DNA of 64,000 nt from positions 93,126,001 to 93,190,000 of the forward strand of contig NC_045696.1 of assembly GCF_009834535.1 (NCBI RefSeq), in the 5' to 3' direction. The DNA comes from Camelus ferus. Taxonomy: Eukaryota. Within the stretch, counting starts at the first letter, position 1. Every line of letters starts with the position of its first letter. The position numbers were made by a program, and so were the translations under genes. The notes beneath the pieces are model-generated. The model had not been told where the DNA came from, made no database searches, and saw only the letters and a program-made list of their open reading frames with translations. This document shows, one piece after another, positions 38,622 to 52,580 of the stretch.

Positions 38622-38764
38622 GGGGCAGGGGTGGGTATAGCTCAGTGGTAGAGCTTATGTTTAACATGCACAAGGTCCTGGGTCCAATCCCCAGTACCTC
38701 CATTAAACAACAACAAAAAAAATGATAATAATAAGCCTAATTTCCTACCACCCCACCAAAAAAA
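38622..38764 (+). mobile_element. tRNA-derived SINE, vic-1 type
   Basis: gggtatagctcagtggtagag (A box), gtcctgggtccaatcccc (B box), AT-rich tail with cctaatt..cccc; aaatattg on both flanks (38615-38622, 38769-38776). Confidence 0.9.
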
Positions 38765-39164
38765 TTTTAAATATTGAAAAAACAATATTGAAGGATTCCA
38801 GGTAGCTGTGAGCACCCAGGTGATGTTGGGAACTTGGCAGTCTGTTACATGATTTTCTCCCACAGCCTAAATCTGGCAGTTAAGATCTACCAGGCTTCAC
38901 AAGATGCTGTCTTTAATCCTTGCTGTCCTCAACCCACAGTGTCACATCCAAAGAATTTATCATTTCTACTATCCATTACCTTGCTGTAAAAATTCCTGTT
39001 CCCTTCCACAGCCAGGGGTTGGGTAGAGGTAAGGTATTTCTTATCTTAGTTGGATGGGGAACCTCTGGTAATTCTAGAAATAGTCGGTGGCCAAATTTCA
39101 CTCTAGTTGGCACATATACATAAAACTTAGCATTTTTAATAAAATTGAGAATGATAACTGAGAC

Positions 39165-39550
39165 CATCTCTGACAACAAGACCATACATAGACAATCAAA
39201 GTCAACATGATTTTGTTTGTTTCAGGGAAACTTTGTCTTGGAATGAAAAACTATAAACCAACATATAACTTTACTATTTGCTCCAGAAAATTCCTAAGGA
39301 TTAATTAATTGGAGATAGTAGTCTGCTCACCAGGGCAAACTCTTGCTTATCAAACAACTGTTTACAAATCAAGTCTTCCTTCAACACCCTTGTCTTGCTC
39401 TGTCAAATAATCCTGAACTATTATGTCGCAATCTTTGCTGAATCCCAGTCTGTTCCCCATGTTGAAAAATATGCCTTAAACCACTGGAGCCCAGCACCAA
39501 AGCGCTATAAATACCCCACTTCTGACTTGCCCACAGCTAAGACTCTGTCA
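39165..39550 (+). mobile_element. Possible degraded ERV LTR
   Basis: LTR-like composition with ccttaaacc...ctataaataccc TATA context; family not recognised. Confidence 0.3.
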
Positions 39551-42500
39551 TAGCTCATATTTTGGGGTGTTTAAAAAGGGAAAAGTTTAAAGATAGAGCA
39601 GAAAACAAGCCATTGCAATCCAGAACTTCTCAGCAGTTCCTAGCTATAAAATCTCTCCCCCAAGGACCAGGTTCAAATATTTTCAGTCCCCCAAATTTGA
39701 TTCTACTCTTCTCTGATGGATGGCTTATTGTAGAAATTACTCCCATCTACACCCTCCTCATGCTGGTTCCATTATTCTCCCCTTCATCCGCATCTTCCAC
39801 AAGAACTCCATTGCCAACATCTATTGATTCTACCTTATAAATCACTCCCAAGTTCAGGGGCTCTGTCCCATCACACAGCCACATTCCCAGCCAGCTCACT
39901 GGGCTTCTGCAAGAGTATCCTAATCCTTTGCCAAGGCTTCCTGACTATTTCCAGAGCGTGATACCCATGGTACGCAATATTTACTTTGCACACTGACATC
40001 AGGAGAGAAGGTCGCTCATGACCAGGGACAAATGGGTGGAGATTCTGGTCAACCCACTTTCCTCCTGGTCACCCCAAAGGCTGAAGAGATCAATATCATT
40101 GCACCTACAGATGCAGATAGTGTGTCTTTCCTGGCACACTGTGTTTTGGAAGCCCTGCACTAGATTCTTCCCAGTGTATTGGCATTTTGAGCACTTACTC
40201 ATCATATATCACCAATTATTAGCAGAGCATCTATTACCTACTAAGTAATGTGTGTGATTGAATTGGTAAAAACCAGTTTCTTCTTCAAGAGCTGATATCT
40301 TGAAATGCAGATTACTCGTGTCTTGAGGAGCAAAAACTTTGGGGGATCATCATAAGCCCTTATTACCATGGACTGTTTCTCAAGATTCTCTCCCTCACCA
40401 CAAGTCACCTTCCCAATCTGACCTGGAATTCCACCTGTGGGGTGCCTGGGGTATCATTTAGGACTCTTGGAACCTGCTCTGTATTCTTATATTTCTCTAG
40501 CCTTTCTTCTGTGATCTCCTCTACTCAGGATGCCCTTCATCTCGTTTTTGGCCCGAAGAAACACGCTGATCCTTTAAAACCCAACTGTATACCACCCCTT
40601 CACTTAAGTCTTCTCAGAATGACTGTCTCCTTTTTATGTTTTTCCAAAGTACTTGGTTATTACTCTGTAGTGGGGATGAAATCAAAATCTCATTAACAGG
40701 GAAGAGAATTTTCCTTAGGGAAGAAATTGCCTTTGTTTAGAAGAGGTCTTACCATCCCCTAAACAGGTAAACAGGTAGCAAAAGGCCTGGCAGTAAAGCA
40801 GGTGGCCCAGTCGCTGTGCATGGGAAGTGAACAGGAGTCTGCAAAGTTTAGTGAGTAGAGGAGGGACTGGGGGAAACAGCCGAGGAGCCGAAAGAGTTAG
40901 GATAGGGACATAGATATTCCATTTAAGGGTGTTTGTTTTATTATGATGAACATCCTGTCTGTATTTCTAAAGCCATTTAAGTATGCCACACCTTTAAAGT
41001 CCTCTTGGAAGTGAGGCTTTTATCCTATTTATTTTGAGGCGTATATTTGCTTCAAAACAGTGGAAATAAAGGTGCACTCACAAGGCAGAGTTAAAAAAAA
41101 AAAAGCAGTCGGCAGAGCAGAACTTGGAGGTTGAAGATATACAGGACAAAAATGGGGATTTAAGGCAATTTTCTTTAGATCTCAACTGATGGCAAAACCT
41201 TAGTTGCTATCTGAGTTTCAATTTCATTTATATCAGTTACCATAATCCATTTTAGAGTATAGATGATGGTAGGTGACGTGTATAGCTCCTGGGCTCAGGG
41301 TCACATTGAAACCTGGCTGCCTCTGCTGCAGTCATGGATAAGGAGTGGGGATGGGGACAATTCATAGAAGAGGGGTTCCAGGCAGAGCAGCAATGGGTGT
41401 CTGTGACAGTGATTTTTCTTACTTAACTCAGCAGTAATTGTTAATTTCACCTAGGGGACTCCTAATCCTGGGCCGCATATTGTATTATTATTTGAGAGAT
41501 CTTAGGTACTGGCTGCCCATTGTGATGCACCATAAACTTCTCATGGGCATATTACATTTCTCTGCACTCCCTTTGCTCTAAACCCAAGTTTACAAATAAG
41601 CTCAAGGCGTAGGTTTTATGAAAGCAGAAATTGTTCCTGTTCTGTTTACCAGTGTATCCTAGGACAGTGCCCAGCCCACTGTAGAAGCAAAATAAGTATC
41701 TATTTAACTAATGAGAATTAATCGTTGCCCCATAAATTTTTAATAGTTTTTTGAATAATGCATTCTTATAAGCTAGAGCTGGAAGAAATGTGGTGGCTGG
41801 TGGCTGATGAGAAATAAAACACAAAAGTACAGAATGTGCTGATCTATATAATCTGTTATCACGGTCTCTTTCTTGGTGTCAGCTAACCCAGTTGCTACCG
41901 AATGGAATCATGGTTATCTTAACTTTGTGTTTGGTGAATTTCCAACTCATTCAGAAATGAATTTCAGTATTTGCTAACCGATTGAACTGGGTCCACTAAA
42001 CACAACCTATTTTCCATATTATTTGAATTCTTTCCCTTTGTACTTTTAAACAAACTAGAAATGCATATGAAAACGTGGCCTGAGTTTGACTGTTAGAAGC
42101 TACTCATAAAGATTCTGGAAAAAAGGTATTTATGAAGGCTGTCCTTGCCTGTCACTGTTCATTCCTTAGAGCTTCAGAATCTCCTGCCTGCATTGAGCTG
42201 AAAGCTATGACTGGGTTTCAATAGTTAAATATTTTCCAGTTTCTGGGCAATAGTAATTTCTTCTGTGAGTTGGAAACATGTTCACCAATTTTGCATGCAT
42301 GAATTTTGGAGAATACACTTCTAGGAGGCATTAAAATTACTTCCCAGACTAAAAGCTTTTATTTTTGTGAGCAATTAATATAATTAAAATACCTGGTTCT
42401 ATCTGATGGCCTCATTTTCTAAATACTGTACTGATCAGAGTAGAATAAATACACATTGGTCAAATACTAGATTACTTTTGCCTTCTGAAAATTTATTTGA

Positions 42501-42582
42501 CTTTTCTGAATAATTTCCTGTTAGATCATGTGCAGCTGTTCTCTTGCTGCCCTGGGTGTTGTAGTGTTTACTGCACGGTGGC

Positions 42583-43035
42583 TGTCTTATTAGTTTCCTG
42601 GGGCTGCCATAGCAAAGTACCAAAGTGGAGTGGCTTCAACAGAAATTTATTGTCTCACGGTTCTACAGGCTAAAAGCCCAAAATCAAGGTGTCAGCAGGG
42701 TTAGTTCCTTCTCAGGGCTGTGCAGGAGAGTCTGCTCCAGGCCTCTTTTCTAGCTTCTAGCGGACTTCTGGCAAATGTTGGCTTTCCTTCACTTGTAGGT
42801 GCATCAACCCTGATCTCTGCCTTTTATCTTCACATGGAGTTCTCCCCACATGCACGTCTGCCTTGGTGTCCCCATTTCCCTTTCTGATAAGGACACTAGT
42901 CATGTTGGATTAGGGCCCACCCTAAGGAACTCATCTTAACTGGATCATCTGTAAAGACCCTATTTCAAATAAGGTCACTTTCACAGCTACTACAATTAGG
43001 ATTTTAACAGCTATGGCAGGGGTAGTGGCATATCA
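42583..43035 (-). mobile_element. MLT1 (B/C-like) solo LTR
   Basis: attagtttcctggggctgccatagcaaagtacca; aatcaaggtgtcagcaggg; ggattagggcccacccta. Confidence 0.88.
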
Positions 43036-43264
43036 TTGTCAGGGATTGCCGTAAGGCAACAAGAATAAGAAAAAAATTTCTTTCAATAGTTGAGCTGGGT
43101 CCTGAAGGGCAGAGTGCAAGGGCTGGTGGAGAGAGACAGACACTTCACAAACCATGGAATAGAGACTGACTGTGATTCCTTTGACTACTATGTCATACCT
43201 GAGCCAAACACCATTGAAAAGGTTCTACGGAAAGATAAATAGTTAAAAAAAAAAAAAAAAAGGG

Positions 43265-43440
43265 GGCTAGATGTTACTCCCAGCCCTGCCATTTTCCACC
43301 TAAGTAACCCTGTGTAAGTAAACCAAATTCTGCAAGCCTCTTTTTCCTTGTCAGTAAACAGAAGATCTACCAGCTTGAGGCTTAAACGAGACACTATGTA
43401 AAGCACCCAGAACTGTACCTATAATTTAGTGAGGCTCAAA
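43265..43440 (+). mobile_element. MIR SINE
   Basis: cccagccctgcca..gcctctttttccttgtcagtaaa..tatgtaaagcacccag. Confidence 0.5.
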
Positions 43441-45470
43441 GATAGAATGCCCCTTCTTACCATGTCACTTTCCCATTCACCTTCCTTTAATGCTTCTTCT
43501 TAAAATTGCCCATACTAGTGGCTTTAAATAAATGAAAAGTTTATAGAATTATGTCATAATTTTTCAAGTTAAGTGACTGAAAAATGAGGCTGCATATGTG
43601 TGGTAAAAATGAAATGATTCTGAACTGTTCTTCTGTCTCCCATTCTGACTCCTGGGTTAGGCAGTAGCATTAAGGCATTTGATCTCAGGTTGGTTTTTTG
43701 GTTTTGTTTTGTTTTGTTTTGAAATATTTTTCTCTGACTTGGGGGAATGTCACATGGGCACATTAGCATCCAGTGACTCTTGGGGTCCTGGGGGTGGATA
43801 TAATCTACTGGATGAGCCAGCAGAGTCTTAAGGGAATGTGATAAGATCAGGTTTGTTACATCTAAAATGCTTGTGAGCTGTTCACCTGGCATCTGTTAAG
43901 CTCCTCCTCTGTGCCGGGCATTGGGATGAGTGCCAGCATCTATCTTTGACAAGCTTAACTTTTCTTCCCATGGGGAGCCTGTTTCTGTGCACAGATGGAG
44001 TCTGCACAGGTACGGTCCTACATGTGAGGGCCAGTGAGACCAGAGGGAGGAGACTGAGGAGAAGATGCTATTAAAGTTATGGGTGATAAGTGAAGGGAGT
44101 TATTGGAGCCTTACCCTTATATCTTAGAACTGGTCTTGATGGAAGAGGGAAAAAAGTAAACTCTGCCCCTTACACAGTGATTATTATGATAACGTAAGGG
44201 TCAGTGGTTTTGCTGTGGCTGTATTGTTAAGAATACATTTCAAAACAGCACACTGAAAACTTTTCTAGGCAAATTTGCACGATGGCATGAAGGCAGCCAT
44301 GTTGTCTATTAAACACAGAGAGCAATGTCCTATCAAGGAAATGAGGAGAGAACTTTGAATCGAGGCACTACGGGCCTAATTCCATGAAAAGAAATATGGA
44401 GAGCATGTGGGTCCCCTCGGGCTCTCATTCTCTGTCCACTGTAATGTACCATTCCCCTTAATCACGCTGAGACTTCTCAAGGGTTCTGGTGAAATACAAC
44501 ACTGGTGCTGGAACAGACTTCAGACGCCTCTTAGTCCAAATCCCTCAATTTAGAAGAGAAATGGAAGCATGTAGAGAATAAGTAACCTGCCCAAGGTCAC
44601 AGCCTCCTTCATAACAGGTTTCCTTACTTCCAAGTCCTATTCTCTTTCCTTTTGGAGTTATTGATAAGGAACAGCAATGAGGTAATTTAAATTTTATAGT
44701 CAGTTTCTCTCTCTGTACCTGTAAATGGGACATGGATTTTTCTCATTTTTTTCCCTCACTTTTATCAAAATTAAGTTATTGGTTGGTCTGAGATTCTCTA
44801 TGACTTGAGCTTGGATTGGTTGAAACAGAATTCATAACCTTAGGAAATATGAATCCTTCCCTTCCTCCTCCTTGCAGTATTCCTTCTTTTTCTATAGTCA
44901 TATTGACATGCTCTGTTACTCTATATATTTCAATCATTTTGCTAGCTAGTCCTACCACTTAACTTTATTTTCATTAACTGCCAGGTGTTAGGCAGCTGCT
45001 CTGTTCATGTTGGGTTCATTCTAATTTTTGAGTTCTTCTTTTATTAGACTGGCCTGTTTTGTATTGGCTATCCTAATGGCTTGGCCTAATTCCAAGACAT
45101 AAAATAGGTTTGTAATTAGTTAACTACTTGCCAAATACATTTAATTTCAGAATGAACCATGGCTTTTAATTATTTTTCTCTAATTTTTACTACTGGCCTT
45201 ACACGATGACTTTATTTGTACTCTTGGATTTTAGAAAAAGTTATCTCATAATGATTAAGTCTGGGAATGCCAAGTAATTCTAAGTTTATTCTTCATGGTA
45301 CATAAGCCACAGGCATTCCAACAAACGGATTATTATGTTAGTTCTATACTTCTTAATAAAGCTGGCATATTGGAAGCATTTATTCTATAAATATCCAGTT
45401 TTATCAGTGTCAAGAAAGAAGCTCTTAAAATGCCTTGGTTTCTAGAACTGACATAAAATTTAAAGTGAGA

Positions 45471-48154
45471 GATCCATGTCTGAAAGCAGTAGAATACATT
45501 CTTTTCAAGTGCACATAGAATATTCCCCAGGACAGATCATATACTAGGTAAACATTACACAAAACAAGTCTCAGTACATTTAAGAAAATTGAAATCATAT
45601 TGAGGATCTTTTCTGACCACCATACTATGAGACTAGAAATTGACTACAGGAAAAAACTGCAAAAAACACAAAAATACACAGAGGCAAAACAATATGCTAC
45701 TAAACAACCAATGAATCATTGAGGAAATCAAAGAGGAAATAAAACAATACCTAGAAACAAATGAAAATGAAAAAAAAGATGGTCCAAAACCTACAGGACA
45801 CAGCAAAAGCAGTTCTAAGAGGGAAGTTTATAGTGATACAAGCTTACCTCAGGAAATAAGAAAAGTCTCAAATAAACAACCTAACCTTACACCTAAAGCA
45901 ATTAGAGAAAGAAGAACAAAACCCAAAGTTAGTAGAAGGAAAGAAAAACAAAAATCAGAGTAGAAACAAATGAAATAGAGACTAAAAAAAAAAAAAAAAA
46001 AAATAGAAAAGATCAATGAAACTAAAAGCTGGCTCTTTGAAAAGATAAACAAAACTGATAAACCTTTAGCCAGAATCATCAACAAAAAAAGGGAGGGGCC
46101 CCAAATCAATAAAATCAGGAATGAAAAAGGAAAAGTTACAACCAACACTACAGAAATACGAAGGATCGTAAGAGTCTACCATAAGCCACTAACACACCAA
46201 TAAAATGGACAACCTAGAAGAAATGGACAAATTCTTAGAAAGTTACAATCTCCCAAGACTGAACCAGGAAGGAATAGAAAATATGAAATGGACAAATTAC
46301 CAGTACTGAAATGAATCAATTTAAAAACTGCCAACAAAGTCCAGGACCAGAGCTTCACAGGTGAATTCTACCAAACATTTAGAGAAAAATTAATACCTAT
46401 ACTTCTCAAATTATTCCAAAAAATTGCAGAAAAACGAATGCTCTCAGACTCATTCTATGAGGCCTAATACCAAAACCAGACAAAAATATTACAAAAAAAA
46501 AATTACAGGCCAATATCCCTGATGAACATAAATACAAGAATCCTCAACAAAATAGCAGCAAATCCAACAATACATTAAAATGATCACACATCATGTTCAA
46601 GTGGGATTTATCCCAGGGATGTAAGGATTTTTTGATCCCTGCAAATCAATCAATGTGATACACCACATTTACAAACAGAAGAATAAACCATATGATTATC
46701 TCTATAGATGAAGAAAAAAGCTTTTTAACAACATTTAACATCCATTTATGATAAAAACTCTCCACAAAGTGGGCATTAGAGGGAACATACCTCAACATAA
46801 TAAAGTCCATATATGACAAACGCACAGCTAACATCATACTTAACGTGAAAAGCTAAAAGCATTTCCTCTAAGATCAGGAACAAGACACGGATGCCTATTC
46901 TTACTAGTTTTATTCAACGTAGTTTAGTCCCAGCCACAGCAATCAGAGAATAAAAAGAAATAAAAAGAATCTAAATTAGAAAAAAAGAAATAAAACTGTC
47001 ACTGTTTGCAGATGACATGATACTATACGTAGAAAATCCTAAAGTTGACACCAGAAAGCTACTAGAGCTCATCAATGAATTCAGTAAATTTACAGGATAC
47101 AAAATTAATATACAGAAATCTGTTGTATTTCTATACACTAACAAGCTGTCAGAAAGAGAAATTAAGGAAACAATCCCATTTATCATTACATCAAAAAGAA
47201 TAAAATACCTAGGAATAAACCCACCTAAGGAGGCAAAAGACCTGTATGGAAAACTCTAAGACGCTAATGAAAGCAATTGAAGATGACACAAACAGATGGA
47301 AAGATATACTGTGTTCTTGGATTAGAAAAATCAGTATTGTTAAAATGACCATACTACCCAAGATAATCTACTGATTCAGTGCAATTCCTATCAAATTATC
47401 AATGGCATTTTTCACAGAACTAAAACAAATAATTTTAAAATTTGTATGGAAACACAAAAGACCCTGAATAGTCAAAACAGTCTTGGGAAAGAAGAACAAA
47501 GCTGGAGGAATCATGCTGCCTGACTTCAGACTATAATACAAAACTACAGTAACCAAGCAGTGTGGTTCTGGCACAAAAACAGACACATTGATCAATGGAA
47601 CAGGATAGAAAACCCAAAAATAAACCCACACACTTAACGGTCAATTAATCTACAACAAAGGAGGCAAGGGTATACAATGGAGAAAAGACTCTTCAGTTAC
47701 ATGTAAAAGACTGAAATTAGAACATTCTCTCACATCCTATATAAAAGTAAACTCAAAATGAATTAAAGACCTAAATGTAAGACCAGATACTATAAAACTC
47801 CCAGAGGAAAACATAAGCAGAATGTCTTTGACAATAAATCGAAGCAATATCATTTTGTCCATCCCCTAAAGTAAAGGGAATAAAAGGAAAAATAAACAAA
47901 TGGGGCCTAATTAAACTTAAAAACATTTGCACAACAAAGGAAATCTCTGATAAAACGAAAAGACAACCTATCGAATGGGAGAAACTATTTGCAAATGATA
48001 TTCGGGCTAAGGGATTAACCTTCAACATTTATCAACAGCTCATACAACTCAACATCAAACAACCTGATTAAAAAATGGGCAGAAGTAGTGAATAAAACTT
48101 TCTAAAAAGAAACGCAGGTGGCCAACTGGCATATGGAAAGATGCTCACCATCAC
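45471..48154 (+). mobile_element. L1 ORF2 fragment, about 2.7 kb, lacking 3' UTR
   Basis: From late EN (ttttcaagtgcacat) through RT ([13 protein letters not shown]) to atgctcaccatcac; frameshifted. Confidence 0.95.
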
Positions 48155-48719
48155 AGAAATCATCTATTTCTACTCCCTTCTCTCTAGGGTTCAATGTTTT
48201 GCTTGCTTATCTTCTCACAGGTGAGGAGAGGGTGCCCAGACAGGGCATTTCTCCCACATCCACACAATGAGGCAGGGACACGGCGTGATTGTCACAGCAC
48301 ACGTCTTCAGTCTCTTGGCCCAGCTTTTTTTTTTTTTTTAAAGTCAGTTCATCATTGCCCACAACAGTTTAGGGGTATAACTTGAAAAGGCCAATTAAAT
48401 TCTGGGTTAGAACTAAGTTAAGATGTAATTTCAGCATTTCCCTAGGGTTTCAAGTGAAATAATGAAAAAATAAATTGTAATGTCTTAGCTCCCATAAAAT
48501 TAGGACCAGTGTTGTAGATTAGGGGTTACTCTGAATCCTTCCTAACTCTTGCCTATGTTTCAGATAACACCTCAGGGCCTACTTCACAGAGTTGTAGGGG
48601 ATCAAGAGTTTATGGGCACTACGGACTATAACCAGCATGTTTAGGGCTGTTACTGTCCAGAGCCATCAAGAGGACGGCTGCTGAGGAAGAGACAGTACAT
48701 ACTCATGAATATCAGTGAG

Positions 48720-49065
48720 CTCCCTCCACGTCCCAGTCCTGCCTGTGGCTAGTTCTGGTCAATAAAATGTGAGTAAAAAAACCTGGCTCTTACTTCTCGG
48801 CCTGGGTGACAGTGTATTTATTCTATGCATCCTCCTCAGGCCCTCTTTCCACCCCTAGCTCCCCTACCCCCATCCATGTGGTGGGAAGCAGAGAACCCCA
48901 GGATGGTGGGCAAGAATAGTAAAAGGCACAATCCTGGGTAAGAGAAGAGCCACCCAGGAAAACTGCCCAGCTGCCCTGGACTTCATGTGAAGGAGAACGG
49001 AACTTCGGATCGTGCGCTCCAGTTTGGGGCATGCTTGTTACAGTAGCTGGTAATCATCACCTAGA
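48720..49065 (+). mobile_element. MLT1 LTR fragment
   Basis: tctggtcaataaaatgtgag; ccctggacttcatgtgaag; tttggggcatgcttgttacagtagc. Confidence 0.6.
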
Positions 49066-49391
49066 CACATCCAACTGTCTTTTACATTTTAGTTATTTAT
49101 TCATTTGACTATGATGGCCTGGGAATCAGTATGAAAGATGTGTCTATAGAAGACCTCAGAAAATTTCTCTAATTCTCTTTTGTCATTTTAAATCCTGAAT
49201 AGGTTGGTTTCCAGACTGTCATGCAGTTTGTAATGTAAAACATCTAAAGTTTTAAACCCACAGTTTGTTCTTTTTTTTTTTTTAATAGATATTCCCACAT
49301 TTTTTGCCCAGTCCCCGAGGTTGTTTCTCTGATCATTTAGATACAGATATTTAAACCTTTGTATCTTCCTTCCAGAGTTTATAATGACCTC

Positions 49392-49850
49392 CTGTATTTG
49401 TTTGCACACAGGCTAAACTGCTGTAACGAAGAGTCCCCTCCTTCACTCCAAAACACTGATTCAAACAAGATAGGAGTTTATTTCCCTCTCATTAAACCGT
49501 CCAGAGTAGGCCTGGAGTGAGGTTGCCCGGGGAGGCCCAGGCTCTGTCTATCTTGTTACTTTTCCATCCCAGGTTGCCATGAGTTGGTCAGCACCACATT
49601 TGCATGTTTGTGTCTGCACCACGGAGCACAAGCAATCTCCTTCCTAAATAGTATGACCCAGAAATTGTATATATCACCTCTGTTGACATTCTGTTTGCTG
49701 AAACATAATCACATGTCCATCTCTGGCTGGAAAATGGGGTCTTGAGCTGAGTAGCCATGTGCTCAGACAAAACTCAGGAATTCTGTTATAAAAAAGGGAG
49801 AAGATGGGGAGGGACACTGGGATACAGCAGTTTTTACCTAACCACATTGG
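49392..49850 (-). mobile_element. MLT1 (J-like) LTR
   Basis: ggctaaactgctgtaac; agtttatttccctctca; cacctctgttgacattctgtttgctgaaacataatcacatg. Confidence 0.6.
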
Positions 49851-52370
49851 GTGGGGCCTTTTGGAAGCATATCAGCATCAGAAGGGATCTATTTGTCATA
49901 TTCCATATTACTCTGTGGTAAATACACTGGCAAAGGAGAAGCATTGGTATCCCAGTGAAATAATAATCAACACCTTTATTCTTGTACAGCAATCTTCTGT
50001 CTTTCCCATTATTAAGTAATGAAGGCACGGAAAATATAATTTCCTGAAACATTCTTTAAAGTGTCATTCTGTGAGCCTCCACTGTATCTACCCTAGGATT
50101 TAGGAAGTTCTGGAGGCAAGAGACGAGCCAAAATATTTCTCACTGATCAATCAGAGTGAGTGCCAGCTTTAAACAGATGGCACAACCAAGAGGCACCCGC
50201 CAGCTGAGGGTCAGTCCTGTCAAGGATGGGGAAATCTCAACAGGAGTTTGTTTAGGGTGAAGTGAAGAGCCTCCCTGGAAACAATTTATCCTCAGGGAAG
50301 GGAGAGTTGAGACGCAAAAGTTTGGCTTGGAAGAGGGAGGCTGTGTATTATCTCTGTTACTCAGAATGTTGCCACAAGTTCAAAGTCAAGGAGTCTGCAA
50401 TAACAAGAAAAATACACACACTATACACACACACACACACACGCACATACACACATATGCATATATATAATATATCAACTATTTTATATAGCATCGTATA
50501 TTACATTGTATATATCTTTCTCCCTCCTCCCCAATAAAAATAAAAAATAGCTGTGGGATGTGGGAACACAAGACGTCAATAACATGGTAAGATTCTATGC
50601 TGGAATGTTTGGCAGTAATAAGAGACGGAGCCCTTGAGTCAGACTGACAGTGCTCTCAGTGACTGGCATCCGCACGCTGAGAGCTGCATCACTGGGGGCA
50701 TGGCTGTGCCGTTGGTGGGTATTAGTAGCCCCCGTTGTGGGCACAGGAGCATAGCTGCTGCATAAGGAACTGGCAATAACAGAAGTCTTTGCAGAAAACT
50801 GGAGCCAGACAGGAGGGAATTCTTGAGTGATCAAGAGTACTGAACTTGGTTTGACAAGGAACATGTGTGTGGTCCCCATAGGACTCTCGGAAATATTTGA
50901 GAGGAACTTGAGCAAATCAGGAATTTGTTCCTACATGATAGATGGGAACGAAGACAGAGAGAGACTGCTCAGTGACATATACTGTGATACTTTGTCTACC
51001 ATCTCTCTCCGCTTTATAAACAGTTACCCGCAGTTAAGATTCTTGATCTATTTTATCTAGGGCTTGAGGCTTTATCTGGTAGAGCTTCTAGCCTTGCTGC
51101 CCCACTACCCTGGCTTTTGTGATTAATTTTCTGGACTCTCAGAAGAGGGAAAGGCTCCAATGCAGCACACTTTCTATTCAAGGAACAGGTAACCTGAGGC
51201 TGAAAATAAATGAGCCTCTTCATGAAAGTCTCCCCCATTTCATTTAATTCCATTGTTTCTTTCATTGCCTTGACCACTCTGAGTACCGCTTGCTGGTTCT
51301 GATTCAAGGGCTCTAATGGCAGAATGAGAACCACACTTTAATCAAGTCTTCCTTGTGCTAGCCTTTTGTCACGATTTTCTATTCTAATTACACCTGCTTA
51401 TCATGAATCTTGCCTCTTAACCTTAACCTCCATTTTAATCTGGCAAAGTATCTTACCAGAGGAAAGAATGTAAAAGTCACTTTATAAAATGACTTAAGAA
51501 ATGGTTTGGGGTTGGCTTGGTTGAGATGTATTGAAAATATTTTAACAGGTGTGTTTTGTAGTAGAAGGATTAAGGACAATGGCATAAACTCAGCTCATGT
51601 TCCCCAAACAGAAAAACACTTGAGTGCTAGGAGGAGCTGGTGCGGCACCAAACCCTGAAGGTCAATGGGGAATGAAACAGGCATGAATTCTCACGTTGCT
51701 CACTGGGTCTCTTGTTTCATGTTAGTACAACCCCTTTTTGGCAGAAAGTCAGGCTTTAAAAATCCAAATGAACTCCCCAAATTTAAACTTCTTAGTTTGG
51801 AATTCTAGATCCCCACAATTAGGCCACAAACTTCCTTCAGAAGTGAATTTTCTTCCGATTAGTTTGAGACAACCCAGTTGGCTCTTTGAAGAACTGTTCC
51901 AACTACGAATCTGACTTACGTTGCTCTCTTCTCTTGGGGTTCCTGTCCTGCTACTTTCCCTGAGAAAAATCGCCCCATCTTTAAAACCCAACTCAAGGAT
52001 GCATCTTCCTAAAGCCTTTGCATATGTGCAAATAAATGTAGTCTCTTCATTTGAACTCCTTCAGCATTTGCGTCCTGATTATATGCTATACCATAGTTAT
52101 TCTGATTTAACTCCCGTAAGTTAGCATTAGCCCACACATTGCCATTGTGTAAATTTGGAAGAAGTACACCTTCCTCAAGATATTTTACTTTCATCTATGG
52201 GAATATTATTGTACTATGTTAGAATAAAAATTTACAGCCATCAGCGGGAAAATTTATGACTCTACAAATCTATTATTTCTAAGACATATAAGAAGTCCTC
52301 GAGATTGTGTTTGCCTTTAGATGGCCACCCTGGTTTTGCTTCCTGGGTTGTGATTTGCCATCAGTCATGG

Positions 52371-52580
52371 CCAGTTGTGTGCTGATAAATTTTGAACAGC
52401 TGGCTCTCTGGGAAAATCAACCAACTAACCAACCAACCAGTCAACCAAACAGCCCACCTTGATTTGTAGTGTTGGCTGATTTCAAGCTACCAAGATGACA
52501 TCAACTGCATTGCAAAATTCGTGCAAATTTAAAAATTGGCTCTTACGAGCTAGTAAGAGCTGCCTCCAGCACCTCATAGG
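52371..52580 (-). mobile_element. MER63A-like hAT-Blackjack MITE
   Basis: Terminus ccagttgtgtgctg; internal gatttcaagctaccaa..gcaaaattc..ggctcttacgagctagtaagagctgcctccagcac. Confidence 0.75.
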
